Origin: Candidatus Levyibacteriota bacterium
GTDB taxonomy: Bacteria > Patescibacteriota > Microgenomatia > Levybacterales > GWA1-39-11
Reading direction: 5' to 3'
Assembly: GCA_050255815.1 (NCBI GenBank)
Contig: JBLMVJ010000014.1
Span: forward strand, 36,728-100,727
DNA length: 64,000 bases
The number at the start of each line of letters is the position of its first letter. The stretch's first letter is position 1. A program made the translations under genes and the position numbers. The notes below the pieces were generated by a model that was given only the letters and a program-made list of their open reading frames with translations, was not told the DNA's origin and made no database searches. This document shows positions 27,901-37,653 of this stretch, piece after piece.

Positions 27901-28565
27901 TGATGGAATTAGCAGAAGAAGAATTAATACATGAGATTGCAGTTGGTGTTTTAGAAAAAGAATGGAGTGAGATTGAGAAAAAACTCACCGCTGCAAAAGG
28001 TTTTGCAAAAACTATCCATGTAGATCTTCTGGACGGGAAATTTGCACAGAATACTTCCTTTCAAGACCCCAAACCGTTTGAAGCATTTTCAAAAGATTTG
28101 TTTTTAGAGCTGCATATGATGGTAGAGGACCCTATTAAATATGTGGAGCCGTTTGGAAAAGCAGGTTTCCAACGGTTTATAGGGCATATAGAGAAAATGC
28201 CAAACATCAGTGAATTTATTGCGTTAGCCCAGGTGTACGGGGAAGTAGGTTTGGCAATAGATGGGCCCACGGATATAGAAGTTTTAGAGAAAGTAAATTT
28301 AGAAGACCTGGATTGCGTGTTAATTTATACGTGTGAGAAAGTTGGGTTTGCCGGACCGCCATTTGACCCCAATAAGCTTACAAAGGTACGTGCGCTGCGG
28401 GAGCGGACGCAGATTCCTATAGAGGTTGACGGCGGTATGAAAGATACGACTATTTTATTTGCCAGAAATGCCGGGGCTAATAGGTTTGTTGCAACCAGTT
28501 TTATTTGGGGATCTGAAAACCCCAAAGAAGCGTATGAGAAACTAGTCCGTGAAGTTACCTCCTAA
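27900..28565 (+). CDS. rpe: Ribulose-phosphate 3-epimerase.
   Basis: IHVDLLDGKFAQNTSF (HVDVMDG-like), LHMMVEDP, VDGGMK. Confidence 0.8.
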   Translation: MMELAEEELIHEIAVGVLEKEWSEIEKKLTAAKGFAKTIHVDLLDGKFAQNTSFQDPKPFEAFSKDLFLELHMMVEDPIKYVEPFGKAGFQRFIGHIEKMPNISEFIALAQVYGEVGLAIDGPTDIEVLEKVNLEDLDCVLIYTCEKVGFAGPPFDPNKLTKVRALRERTQIPIEVDGGMKDTTILFARNAGANRFVATSFIWGSENPKEAYEKLVREVTS

Positions 28566-30085
28566 TCAGTTGTTTTCGGTCTATACTGTAAAGCCTCGAG
28601 GACGTGTGCCGTTTCTACGGTTTCTTTTCCTGCTAAATCTGCTATGGTTTGGGCAACCTTGATTACCTTGTGGTAGGAGCGGGCGGATAAACCCAGACTT
28701 GAAACCGCATTTTTTAAAATATCCCTGGCATCTTCTTCGATTTGTATTAAATGCTTAATATCTTTTGCTGACATTTCTGTGTTGCTGACTATCCTCTTTC
28801 CGGTAAAACGTTTCAGCTGTTTTTTGCGTGCTTTCTCAACCCGTTTTCTAACACTGTCCGAGCTTTCTCCTTCTTCATCCGAGTTATCTGTAATTTTTTT
28901 AACATCTACTGCCGGTACGTCTATATGAATATCTATGCGGTCCAGAAGTGGTCCTGAGACCCGCTTTTGGTATTTAAGTATCTGCAGAGTAGTGCAGCTG
29001 CATGAACGTGTCCTGTCTCCATAATATCCGCAGGGGCAGGGGTTTGCAGCGGCTATGAGCATAAAGCGGCTGGGGAAATTCACCCGCTCCCTGGCCCGTG
29101 AAATAACTACTTTCCCGTCTTCCATGGGTTGGCGGAGCGCTTCCAATACATGACGGGGGTATTCAGGAAACTCGTCTAAAAACAAGACTCCCCGGTGCGC
29201 CAGAGAAACTTCACCGGGCTTTGGATTCGCGCTGCCTCCAATCAAACCTATGTGGGAAGTGGTATGGTGGGGAGAGCGGAAGGGGCGCTGTTTCATAATA
29301 GTATGGGAAGAAAGTAGCCCTGAAATGCTGTAAATTTTAGTTACTTCCAGCGCCTCGTCAAACGTTAGACTTGGCAGGATGCTTGGAACTGTCCTGGCTA
29401 TTAACGTCTTTCCCGCACCCGGTGGTCCCTTGAGTAAAATATTATGTCCGCCGGCAACCGCTACCTCTACGGCACGCTTTACAAACTCCTGTCCTTTAAT
29501 GTCTTTCAAATCAAAATCATACAGCTCTTCCGTTTCAAGATCTTCAAAAGCCATATGTTTCAGGGGCTCTATTAATTTCTCTCCGGACAAATGAAGAAAA
29601 ACTTGCCGCAAGTTTTTTGCCGGGTAGATAGTAATGCCTTTGACTATGGATGCTTCAGGTGCATTCTCTTCAGGAATAAAAACGGATTCCAGTTTCTTTT
29701 CGAGCGCTAATAAAACGGTCGATAGTACACCCTTGGTATGGCGAAGTGATCCGTCCAAAGAAAGCTCGCCTATGAATATTGACTTGCTCAGGTCGCATCT
29801 CAGTTGCTCGGACGCTGATAAAATAGATATAGAAATTGGCAAGTCGAATGACGGTCCTTCCTTAGGAAGATCTCCCGGTGCCAGGTTAACCGTAATCCGT
29901 TTTGGCGGAATTTCTGCGCCGGTATTTTTTAAAGCAGAGCGAACCCGCTCTTTTGATTCCTCAACCGCTTTATCAGGTAAACCTACTACGGTAAAAACCG
30001 GCAGTCCGTTTAAAATGTCAGTTTCTACCTCAACCAGCACGCCATCAAGGCCAACCACTGCACAGGATAAAACTTTAGCAAACAT
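28562..30085 (-). CDS. yifB: YifB/ComM-family Mg-chelatase-like AAA+ ATPase.
   Basis: N-terminal MFAKVLSCAVVGLDGVLVEVETDI (ChlI/Lon-like), Walker A (GPPGAGKT), a C4 zinc motif and a C-terminal Mg-chelatase-like domain. Confidence 0.85.
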   Translation of the reverse strand: MFAKVLSCAVVGLDGVLVEVETDILNGLPVFTVVGLPDKAVEESKERVRSALKNTGAEIPPKRITVNLAPGDLPKEGPSFDLPISISILSASEQLRCDLSKSIFIGELSLDGSLRHTKGVLSTVLLALEKKLESVFIPEENAPEASIVKGITIYPAKNLRQVFLHLSGEKLIEPLKHMAFEDLETEELYDFDLKDIKGQEFVKRAVEVAVAGGHNILLKGPPGAGKTLIARTVPSILPSLTFDEALEVTKIYSISGLLSSHTIMKQRPFRSPHHTTSHIGLIGGSANPKPGEVSLAHRGVLFLDEFPEYPRHVLEALRQPMEDGKVVISRARERVNFPSRFMLIAAANPCPCGYYGDRTRSCSCTTLQILKYQKRVSGPLLDRIDIHIDVPAVDVKKITDNSDEEGESSDSVRKRVEKARKKQLKRFTGKRIVSNTEMSAKDIKHLIQIEEDARDILKNAVSSLGLSARSYHKVIKVAQTIADLAGKETVETAHVLEALQYRPKTTD

Positions 30086-30154
30086 AGGTTAGTATTAAGT
30101 ATCCAGTATCTAGTATTAAGGATAAGAGGAGAACTATCAAGTATTTCTCAGGAA

Positions 30155-30832
30155 TTATTCCGAGAGGGGGTAGAGAGTTCTGAAGTAGTCCAGAGCAACT
30201 TCAGCTCCTGCTGTGGCAAACTCGGGAACCTCAGTAAACCCAAGAAGTTCTTGAATATAAGGGTCTTGAGGGTTTTTTAATCTTCCTATGAAATCTTCCA
30301 ATACTTTAATGCCAGAAGGATCTTCTTCCAGTAAGGAAGCACAACGCTTCTCCTCATCCTTAATGCTCAAAAATGTTTCAGTTTGTTCTGCTAATGATGG
30401 GATCTGGTCATCAGTAAGCAAATTAACAGTCTCATCAAAAAATTCGTTTGTCCTCTTTGCACTGGAGATTTCAGCAAAAGCAATTCTTCCTAATGTGTTA
30501 GCAAACCCAAAAGCTGCATCATAAGACATAATAAATAAGGCAAGATTTTCTTGGTCAAATGCTTTTTCTACAAATCCTTCCATAAAATCATCCAAGAAGT
30601 TTTCGACAAGGAAGTTAGCGCATGCGCCAGGCCGGGATAAACCTCTTGCAATATCGTCTGCAAGAATTGTTTTCATTGCCTGCACCCCTTCTTCTTCAGG
30701 AGGAAGGCCACCTTCCATCACATCTCTTATCATGACAACCGCCTTTGTCCTAATATCCGGCTTGAAGACAGAGCCCTCGTTGGATATTTTTGCTCTTTCT
30801 CTATGAAGACCAATAGCTCTTTCAGCTTTCAT
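30155..30832 (-). CDS. Hypothetical protein (225 aa).
   Basis: ORF with good coding appearance. No recognised motif. Confidence 0.4.
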   Translation of the reverse strand: MKAERAIGLHRERAKISNEGSVFKPDIRTKAVVMIRDVMEGGLPPEEEGVQAMKTILADDIARGLSRPGACANFLVENFLDDFMEGFVEKAFDQENLALFIMSYDAAFGFANTLGRIAFAEISSAKRTNEFFDETVNLLTDDQIPSLAEQTETFLSIKDEEKRCASLLEEDPSGIKVLEDFIGRLKNPQDPYIQELLGFTEVPEFATAGAEVALDYFRTLYPLSE

Positions 30833-30884
30833 AACCTGGGATTATAGCACTTTTCCCTAAGCCAATCTTACGAGTACTATTTTA

Positions 30885-31250
30885 TTAAGATTCGGAGGGA
30901 GTGGAGGTCTGTTCTTGGACAAGATAGGCAAAATTTCCTTTTTCGAGCCAGCCTTTGTCTCTGTCATAGAAATATTCATGATTAACAATGGCATCAGCAT
31001 TCACTAGAACCGCGTCCTTCACAATATCCCTTCTTTCAGGACTTATATCTCGCACAAATTTTCCTTTTGTTTCCTTAGGTTTATCTTCAGAAGTTTTGGG
31101 GACTATATATTTTCTCCCGGTAGTTTCTTCGAGTTGTTCAGCAGTAAGACCAGTGACTAGAACTCTTCGCGCCTTTCTCCTAAAGTCAGCCTCCGCAGTT
31201 GTTCTAATCATTCTTTCTCTAGCCCTTCTGGCGTTCCATGCTTCTAACAT
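30885..31250 (-). CDS. Hypothetical protein (121 aa).
   Basis: ORF only, with basic/acidic mixed composition. Confidence 0.35.
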   Translation of the reverse strand: MLEAWNARRARERMIRTTAEADFRRKARRVLVTGLTAEQLEETTGRKYIVPKTSEDKPKETKGKFVRDISPERRDIVKDAVLVNADAIVNHEYFYDRDKGWLEKGNFAYLVQEQTSTPSES

Positions 31251-31324
31251 AAGGCTAGTATAAGTCTGAAGATAACCCTTTTCAAGTAAGAGTGTAGGTT
31301 GGAGGGGTATGCTACAATAGGGCG

Positions 31325-33070
31325 GTGGATGATGTTGAAAAAGTAAAACAGAAAACAGATATAGTTGAGCTGATTGAAAGTTATATTCCCATTAAAAAAG
31401 CTGGGCGTAATTTTAAGGCTCCGTGTCCGTTCCATAATGAAAAATCTCCTTCATTTGTAGTATCCCCTGACCGGCAGATCTGGCACTGTTTTGGCTGTAA
31501 TAAAGGCGGGGATATTTTTACGTTTGTAGAAGAGTATGAGAAGACCACCTTTGCAGACGCATTAAAATATTTGGCACAGAAAGCAGGAGTGCAGCTCACT
31601 ACCTCTGTTGCCAGGTCTGAAGCAGAGAAGAGGAGGGATATGATTTACTCCCTGAATCTTTTGGCTGCACAGTTTTATGAATATATCCTGTTTTCTCATC
31701 CGGTTGGCAAAACCGCACTCAGGTACGTTCTGGATACAAGACGCCAGCCGGAAGCTCTACTCAAAACCTTCATGGTAGGGTATGCCCCTAATACCGGCAA
31801 TTCCCTCACCCAGTTTTTGCTGAAGAAAAAAACATACCAGCCGCAGGATCTGGTAGACGCAGGTTTGGCAATATTTGCCCATGGTAGGCTGATAGACTTT
31901 TTCCGGCATAGGATCATGTTCCCTATTACAGATCCTAGGGGAAATATTATTGCCTTTTCCGGGCGCGCCCTGAGCTCTGAGCAGATGCCTAAATATGTAA
32001 ATACCAAAGAAACCGCAGTGTACACCAAAGGAGAAACGGTGTTTGGCCTGAATCTAGCCAGGGATGAGATAAAAAAACAGGGGTCTGTGATTATTATGGA
32101 AGGTGAGTTTGACGTGATCTCAGCACACCGGGAAGGGATTGGAAACGTGGTGGCAGTAAAAGGGACAGCGTTAACAGAACAGCAGATAGAGCTGTTAAAA
32201 CGGTATGCCCAGAAGCTGGTATTTTGTTTTGATACTGATCCGGCAGGGACTACTGCCCAAAGGCGTTCTATCCAACTCATTGAGAATGCCGGCATTGTAG
32301 CCAGCGTTATCATGCTGCCAAAAGGTAAGGACCCGGATGAATTACTAAACACAGACCCGGTGGAATTCAAAAAAGCCGTGAAGGATGATGTGCATATCTA
32401 TGATTTTATTATTAACTCCGCGGTAAACCAGCATGACGTTAAAAGCGTGGATGGGAAGCGGGAGGTCCTAGCAAAAACCATTCCATTCCTGGCAGTTATA
32501 GATAATGAGGTTATTAAAGAGCATTACCTGAAGAGGTTAGCTGAAGCTTTGGATACGTCTTATGACTCTATTTTCAGGCAGTCTGAGAAAGAAAAGAAGG
32601 CTGAGCGCAAGCCGGTGGTTACCGCTTCTGTGAGCAAAAAATCCAGGGAAGAACTTCTCCCCCAGCATTTATTTTCACTACTGCTTTCCTCTACGCATCT
32701 TCTGGAGGATTTGCGCTTAGTGGATGCGGCATTGGATGGGGTAGCCTTCCCCAGTATTTCCTACCAAAAACTATTCCAGCTGCTAAAGTCAGACATAGAA
32801 AAGAATGAATTTAAATCTCTGGAAGTCTTTGCAAAAACCATACCGGCAGAATTGGTAGAAGCGTATGACGTAGCATTTTTAGCCCCGGTCCCTGAATATG
32901 ATGAGAAAAAGCTATCTGAGGAGCTGAAAAAAACAGCGCTGGAACTGAAAACATTAGCCGTCAAAAAAAGGCTTTCTGAGATTGCCGTGGAGTTGTCCCG
33001 GGAAACAAGCGCACAGACGGAAAATAAGCTTCAGGAGGAAGCCCAAACTCTTACCCAAAAACTCAAGTAA
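31325..33070 (+). CDS. dnaG: DNA primase.
   Basis: Zinc-ribbon (CPFHNEKSPSFVVSPDRQIWHCFGCNKGGD) and TOPRIM (IIMEGEFDVIS, FCFDTDPAG) motifs. Sits upstream of rpoD in the classic MMS-operon order. GTG start. Confidence 0.85.
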   Translation: MDDVEKVKQKTDIVELIESYIPIKKAGRNFKAPCPFHNEKSPSFVVSPDRQIWHCFGCNKGGDIFTFVEEYEKTTFADALKYLAQKAGVQLTTSVARSEAEKRRDMIYSLNLLAAQFYEYILFSHPVGKTALRYVLDTRRQPEALLKTFMVGYAPNTGNSLTQFLLKKKTYQPQDLVDAGLAIFAHGRLIDFFRHRIMFPITDPRGNIIAFSGRALSSEQMPKYVNTKETAVYTKGETVFGLNLARDEIKKQGSVIIMEGEFDVISAHREGIGNVVAVKGTALTEQQIELLKRYAQKLVFCFDTDPAGTTAQRRSIQLIENAGIVASVIMLPKGKDPDELLNTDPVEFKKAVKDDVHIYDFIINSAVNQHDVKSVDGKREVLAKTIPFLAVIDNEVIKEHYLKRLAEALDTSYDSIFRQSEKEKKAERKPVVTASVSKKSREELLPQHLFSLLLSSTHLLEDLRLVDAALDGVAFPSISYQKLFQLLKSDIEKNEFKSLEVFAKTIPAELVEAYDVAFLAPVPEYDEKKLSEELKKTALELKTLAVKKRLSEIAVELSRETSAQTENKLQEEAQTLTQKLK

Positions 33071-33173
33071 GTCACATACTCCAGGCTTGCTATTTAGCCT
33101 GAAAAAGCGTACAATAGACCTTAGTTTAAAACCCCAGAGGAATTTGGGGTTTGTTTTTCTGTATTAAAGAGAT

Positions 33174-34274
33174 ATGAGCACAACAGCCGCAAAAACAACC
33201 ATAAAAAGTGACCGCGTTGCCAGCCTTCTGGCAGCAGCAAAGAAAAAAGGCTATATATCCCAAGATGAAATCTTAACCTCCTTCCCAAAACCTGAAGAGC
33301 ATATCCAGGATTTAGATTTTCTCTATGACCAGCTCATTAAGAAAAATGTAGATATTTTTGAGACGGTAGAGGAAGAAAAGGAAAACCAGAAATCTATAGA
33401 GGACCTGGAAAAAGAGCTGGAAGCACTGAACATTATCCAGGGTGGCGCAGTGACTGACCCGGTCAGGATGTACCTCAAGGAAATAGGCCGTATTCCGCTT
33501 TTGACCTTTGAACAGGAAGTAGACCTGGCAAAGAGGCTGGAAAAAGGTGATATGCGCGCACGTAAGAAACTCGTGGAGTCCAATTTAAGACTGGTGGTTT
33601 CTATTGCTAAAAAGTACGTGGGTCGCGGTATGACTTTACTCGATTTGATCCAGGAAGGGAACCAGGGACTGATACGCGCGGTAGAAAAGTATGACTGGAA
33701 AAAAGGTTTTAAGTTTTCTACCTACGCCACCTGGTGGATCAGGCAGGCTATTACCCGCGCTATAGCAGACCAGGCCAGGACTATCCGTATCCCGGTCCAC
33801 ATGGTGGAAAATATTAATAGGTTTATGCGCGTGCAGAGAAAGTTAATGCAGGAGTTGGGACGCCAGCCTACCCCGGAAGAAATTTCAGATATTTTAGAAA
33901 TTGACCCAGATAAAGCGCGGGAAATTATAAAGATTTCCCAGCAGCCTGCTTCTCTGGACACTCCGGTAGGGGATGAGGAAGATTCATATCTGGGAGACTT
34001 TATTTATGACATTACCGCACCTACACTTTTTGATACCGCATCCCGTGGCCTGTTAAAAGAACAGCTCGGCTCCGTGCTTTCAACATTATCTGACAGGGAG
34101 AGAAGAGTACTGGAAGAGCGGTTTGGCCTCAGAGACGGCAAGCCAAAGACTTTGGAAGAAGTGGGCCGTATGTTTGCGGTTACCCGTGAGCGTATTAGGC
34201 AGATAGAAGCAAAAGCACTGAGAAAATTAAGGCACCCAAGTCGTGGGAACAAATTGAAAGACTACCTCGAGTAA
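33174..34274 (+). CDS. rpoD: RNA polymerase sigma factor, primary sigma-70 (compact 366 aa).
   Basis: Region 2 ([29 protein letters not shown]), region 3 and region 4.2 ([20 protein letters not shown]). Confidence 0.9.
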   Translation: MSTTAAKTTIKSDRVASLLAAAKKKGYISQDEILTSFPKPEEHIQDLDFLYDQLIKKNVDIFETVEEEKENQKSIEDLEKELEALNIIQGGAVTDPVRMYLKEIGRIPLLTFEQEVDLAKRLEKGDMRARKKLVESNLRLVVSIAKKYVGRGMTLLDLIQEGNQGLIRAVEKYDWKKGFKFSTYATWWIRQAITRAIADQARTIRIPVHMVENINRFMRVQRKLMQELGRQPTPEEISDILEIDPDKAREIIKISQQPASLDTPVGDEEDSYLGDFIYDITAPTLFDTASRGLLKEQLGSVLSTLSDRERRVLEERFGLRDGKPKTLEEVGRMFAVTRERIRQIEAKALRKLRHPSRGNKLKDYLE

Positions 34275-34332
34275 CCCGTGTTTCAGAACCTTCATTGAAA
34301 AATACTTAATTTAGTCCTATAATACCTTCTTT

Positions 34333-35061
34333 ATGGCAAAACCGGAAGCGCAGCCACAGAACGGAAAGATTGACCCCAGGTACATATTAAGTGCCACGGT
34401 TGACCCTGCGTTCAAAGAAGCTTTTATTATGGCTCCCCGGCACCTTCAGTTCCCCACCAGAAACCAGTTTGCCTTTTTAAAAGGTATTATGGGTATTAAT
34501 CCAAAAAAAGAACGGGTTGTTGTCCGGACTGTTACAGAATATACGGTCCAGACCCCGGGAGAAGGTGAGCGTCCTCTTACGTCTGCAGATGAAGAAGAAA
34601 TTATAACAGCCGCGAAAAGACTTATAAATAATGGTGCAGGAGAAAAGCCCACCAAAAAGATAACTCTTGAGAAGGCGCTTGAACTCATGGAAGAGCAGGT
34701 TATGTACAGGGTGCCTATAAGCCTGCATACACCGCTGGGTGAGAGCCAAGAGATGTTTTTAGAATCATTAGTAAGAGATAAAAGCGCAAAAGACCCGGAG
34801 ACTGCAGTAGCAGACGCCATGCTCAGAGATGATTTGGAGGCAGCTATGCGCATTGCAAGTCTTACCCCAAGAGAAAAAGATGTCCTGAGAAAAAGGAATG
34901 GTGTTTATACCGGAGTGAGCAGAACTTTAGATGAGTTAGGTACGGAATATGGGATAACCCGTGAACGGATACGCCAAATAGAGGCAAAAGCATACAATAA
35001 GATCAGGGGTAATTTTGCGGCAAGAAGAAAGTTGTTAGGATATTTATCACAACACAAATAA
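34333..35061 (+). CDS. Sigma-70 region 3.2/4-only protein with a novel N-terminal domain (paralog A).
   Basis: C-terminus [50 protein letters not shown] is near-identical to RpoD region 4.2, and ISLHTPLGESQEMFLESLVRD aligns to RpoD region 3.2 ([20 protein letters not shown]). No region 2 is present. The N-terminal ~120 aa are shared only with paralog B. Confidence 0.6.
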   Translation: MAKPEAQPQNGKIDPRYILSATVDPAFKEAFIMAPRHLQFPTRNQFAFLKGIMGINPKKERVVVRTVTEYTVQTPGEGERPLTSADEEEIITAAKRLINNGAGEKPTKKITLEKALELMEEQVMYRVPISLHTPLGESQEMFLESLVRDKSAKDPETAVADAMLRDDLEAAMRIASLTPREKDVLRKRNGVYTGVSRTLDELGTEYGITRERIRQIEAKAYNKIRGNFAARRKLLGYLSQHK

Positions 35062-35067
35062 GAAATT

Positions 35068-35757
35068 ATGACACAAGAAACAGGGAAACATATTGGTAAA
35101 GTTGATCAAAGGTATGTGTTGCCAAAAGACGGATTAGACGAAAGGTTTAAGGAATCTTTTATAACGGCCCCATCCCACCTGGAATTCCCAACCAGAAACC
35201 ATTACGCTTTTCTGGAAGGAGTAATAGGGATAAACCCTGCTCAGGAGCGTGTGCTCCCGGGTACCATTGTGGATACATGGAAACAGGGAATTATACAGGG
35301 AAATGGGAACTGGAGATTTATGAGCCCCGCAGACAAAAGGGAGTTTATGAACGCGGCAAAAGCTATTACCAATGACCGGGTTCCGGTACCTGATATAGAT
35401 ACAGCCCTGAGAATATTAGGTGATCAGGTTTATATGGTAACAGATGTGAGTCTGGACAAGCCAGCAGGAGACACTACAAAAGGTACAACCCTCATGGATT
35501 TAATTGACATTCCTGATACTTCCGACCCTGTGAAAAAAACTCTCTCTGCAGAAGATATAGAAGAGTTATTGGCAGAGTTAACGCCCAGGGAAGCAGACGT
35601 GCTGCGTAAAAGGCAGAGTATGACCCAGGAAGAAATTGGCAGGGAATACGGGGTAACCAAGCAAAGGATTGATCAAATTGAGAAAAAAGCCTACAGAAAG
35701 TTGAGGCAGCCCCACTTAAGAGAGAAAGTAGTTTCTTTGATGGAAAGGATCTCCTAA
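35068..35757 (+). CDS. Sigma-70 region 3.2/4-only protein with a novel N-terminal domain (paralog B).
   Basis: C-terminus LTPREADVLRKRQSMTQEEIGREYGVTKQRIDQIEKKAYRKLRQ (region 4.2). The N-terminus shares with paralog A the motif GK(I/V)D.RY(I/V)L...FKE.FI.AP.HL.FPTRN..AFL.G..GINP..ERV. Confidence 0.6.
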   Translation: MTQETGKHIGKVDQRYVLPKDGLDERFKESFITAPSHLEFPTRNHYAFLEGVIGINPAQERVLPGTIVDTWKQGIIQGNGNWRFMSPADKREFMNAAKAITNDRVPVPDIDTALRILGDQVYMVTDVSLDKPAGDTTKGTTLMDLIDIPDTSDPVKKTLSAEDIEELLAELTPREADVLRKRQSMTQEEIGREYGVTKQRIDQIEKKAYRKLRQPHLREKVVSLMERIS

Positions 35758-35772
35758 CCCCTCCCCAATTAC

Positions 35773-36624
35773 TTAGTGCACCAGGAGTACTCCAATAAAA
35801 ACCAGAACTGATGCAATAAGTTTTTTTAAAAGATTATCCTTTTCCCGTAATAGTATGGCTGCCAGAATAACCGTTACTACCACTTGAGTCTGGCCTATGG
35901 TACTGACCTGGGAAACCTGGGCTTTTTGTATGGCAAAATAATACGCATATGCCTGGGTACAACTGAAAAAGACCAGCGGTAGCATCTTTTTTAAAAAAGA
36001 TCTATCAGTTGCCACCTGCCATTTCTTAACAGCCTTGGGGTAACAAAATAGAAGGAGGACAAAAATTAATAGGTTAGCAATGGGCAGGTAAGACACTACA
36101 TCATACGTTTTCAGGATTATTGCATCCAGGGAAACAGCCACCCCATAGAACAGTGCGACAATGAGTGCATAAGAAGTGCCGCTGTTAAATTTAAACCCCT
36201 TCTTAATATTGGCGACCAGCATAACTGACCCCAGGATTAAAATTGCACCCAGTACTTTTTCAAAACCAAATATTTCCCTCAGGAAAAATACGGAAATAAG
36301 GATGGTTATAATCACCCTGACAGAAGTGAGGATGGTAACTTCTGAGGCCTCAATTACTTTTAATGCCTTGAAAAGGAAAATGGTCCCAAATCCCCATAGC
36401 AGCGCAGAGAGAACAAAAAGTACCAAAGTCCAGCTTAATACGGGCAGTTTAAATCCCAGGAATAGGGAAACAACGGAATATGCAATACTTAGGAAAAAGG
36501 CAAAAAGAATGGTGTAGAGAACCGGGTCGCTTTTATCATCCCTCATCAAAACCCTTTGGAGAATATTATAGATAGATACTGCAAAAACACTTATGAGGAT
36601 AAGGCTAAACCAATCCATACACAA
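35773..36624 (-). CDS. EamA/DMT-family transporter.
   Basis: 283 aa with ten TM helices in two internally repeated halves, typical of the drug/metabolite transporter superfamily. Confidence 0.65.
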   Translation of the reverse strand: MCMDWFSLILISVFAVSIYNILQRVLMRDDKSDPVLYTILFAFFLSIAYSVVSLFLGFKLPVLSWTLVLFVLSALLWGFGTIFLFKALKVIEASEVTILTSVRVIITILISVFFLREIFGFEKVLGAILILGSVMLVANIKKGFKFNSGTSYALIVALFYGVAVSLDAIILKTYDVVSYLPIANLLIFVLLLFCYPKAVKKWQVATDRSFLKKMLPLVFFSCTQAYAYYFAIQKAQVSQVSTIGQTQVVVTVILAAILLREKDNLLKKLIASVLVFIGVLLVH

Positions 36625-36681
36625 ATTATATCAGAAGGTTTATTGAAGGTAAGAATTTGCTCATGCACCGGAATGATTCCT

Positions 36682-36697
36682 TGTGATAAAAATCACT
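36682..36697. promoter_or_regulatory. CRP-type palindrome TGTGATAAAAATCACT (TGTGA-N6-TCACt), centred about 40 bp upstream of the 36731 start codon.
   Basis: Read directly from the sequence. One mismatch from the E. coli CRP consensus half-sites. Confidence 0.4.
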
Positions 36698-36730
36698 GAT
36701 ATAAAAGTAATTTTTCAATATAAATGACTT

Positions 36731-37399
36731 ATGAAATATATTATCGTTGTTTTGGTGCTAGCTCTGCTGGAGTTATCAGTTTCTACTGTTTTTGCACAAG
36801 GCGTTCACGCGCCCGGGACAGGGATTGTTAACCCCACTACAAAAGGTCAAAGTCAGGGGACAGGAAATGCTTTGCAAGCGACACCCTCATTGAAAATTAC
36901 CCCCACTCAAGACCAAGACAGGTTGAGGACATTTCTTAGAGACCAAGAGCAAGTCATGGACAAAGATAGGGATAGACTACAAGAAAAAGATAAAATTATG
37001 CAGCAGGATCAAGACCGAACAATGCTTGGAGCAAAAGTTTTGATTCAAGCAAGGGAAGATAATAATGAACTAGACTCTCAAGTAGAAAACCTGGCAACTC
37101 AAGTTAAGAATACAATACAAAATACTTTAAAATTGGAGCAACAAATTAGAGACCGTAACTTTTTAATGCGCCTTTTTTGGGGAGGAGATAAGAAGACCGG
37201 ACAGGAACTTTATCAGATAACAACGCAAAACAAAGACCGTATCAGAGAAATGGAACGATTGGTAGAAAGTTGCAACTGCAATGAAGAAACAAAAAATCTT
37301 CTACGTGAACAGTTAAGGATTATGGATCAGGAGCAAATGCGGTTGAATAATATGGCACAAGAAGAAATTAGAAAAAAGGGATTATTCTCTTGGTTTTAG
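36731..37399 (+). CDS. Secreted coiled-coil protein rich in D/Q/R/E/K.
   Basis: Signal peptide (MKYIIVVLVLALLELSVSTVFAQG), then low-complexity repeats (QDQDRLRTFLRDQEQVMDKDRDRLQEKDKIMQQDQDRTM) and heptad-like coiled-coil. Confidence 0.5.
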   Translation: MKYIIVVLVLALLELSVSTVFAQGVHAPGTGIVNPTTKGQSQGTGNALQATPSLKITPTQDQDRLRTFLRDQEQVMDKDRDRLQEKDKIMQQDQDRTMLGAKVLIQAREDNNELDSQVENLATQVKNTIQNTLKLEQQIRDRNFLMRLFWGGDKKTGQELYQITTQNKDRIREMERLVESCNCNEETKNLLREQLRIMDQEQMRLNNMAQEEIRKKGLFSWF

Positions 37400-37653
37400 A
37401 TCTCCCATTTTTAACTCCGCATGGTTGTAGATTAAATCTACCGGATTTTGAATAATACTTGGGGAACCTTTTATTGAGCAGGAAGAAATTCAACAATCCA
37501 CAGTTCTTGTTTTAAAGCGCCACTTATAGCATCATGAACTAACTCTCTGCGATTATATGTAGAAATAACGATGCTTATTAAGGATGACATGGAATTATAT
37601 CAGAAGGTTCGTATAGTCCATGAAGAGGTGTTAAAAAATGAGGCTAATTTTAT

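Noticed and set aside
37400-37653. Possible integration module at the tRNA-Asn 3' side (an integrase and att repeat).
   Set aside because: No integrase or recombinase ORF and no duplicated tRNA 3' segment was found. Only a short AT palindrome (gtagattaaatctac) after the upstream gene.
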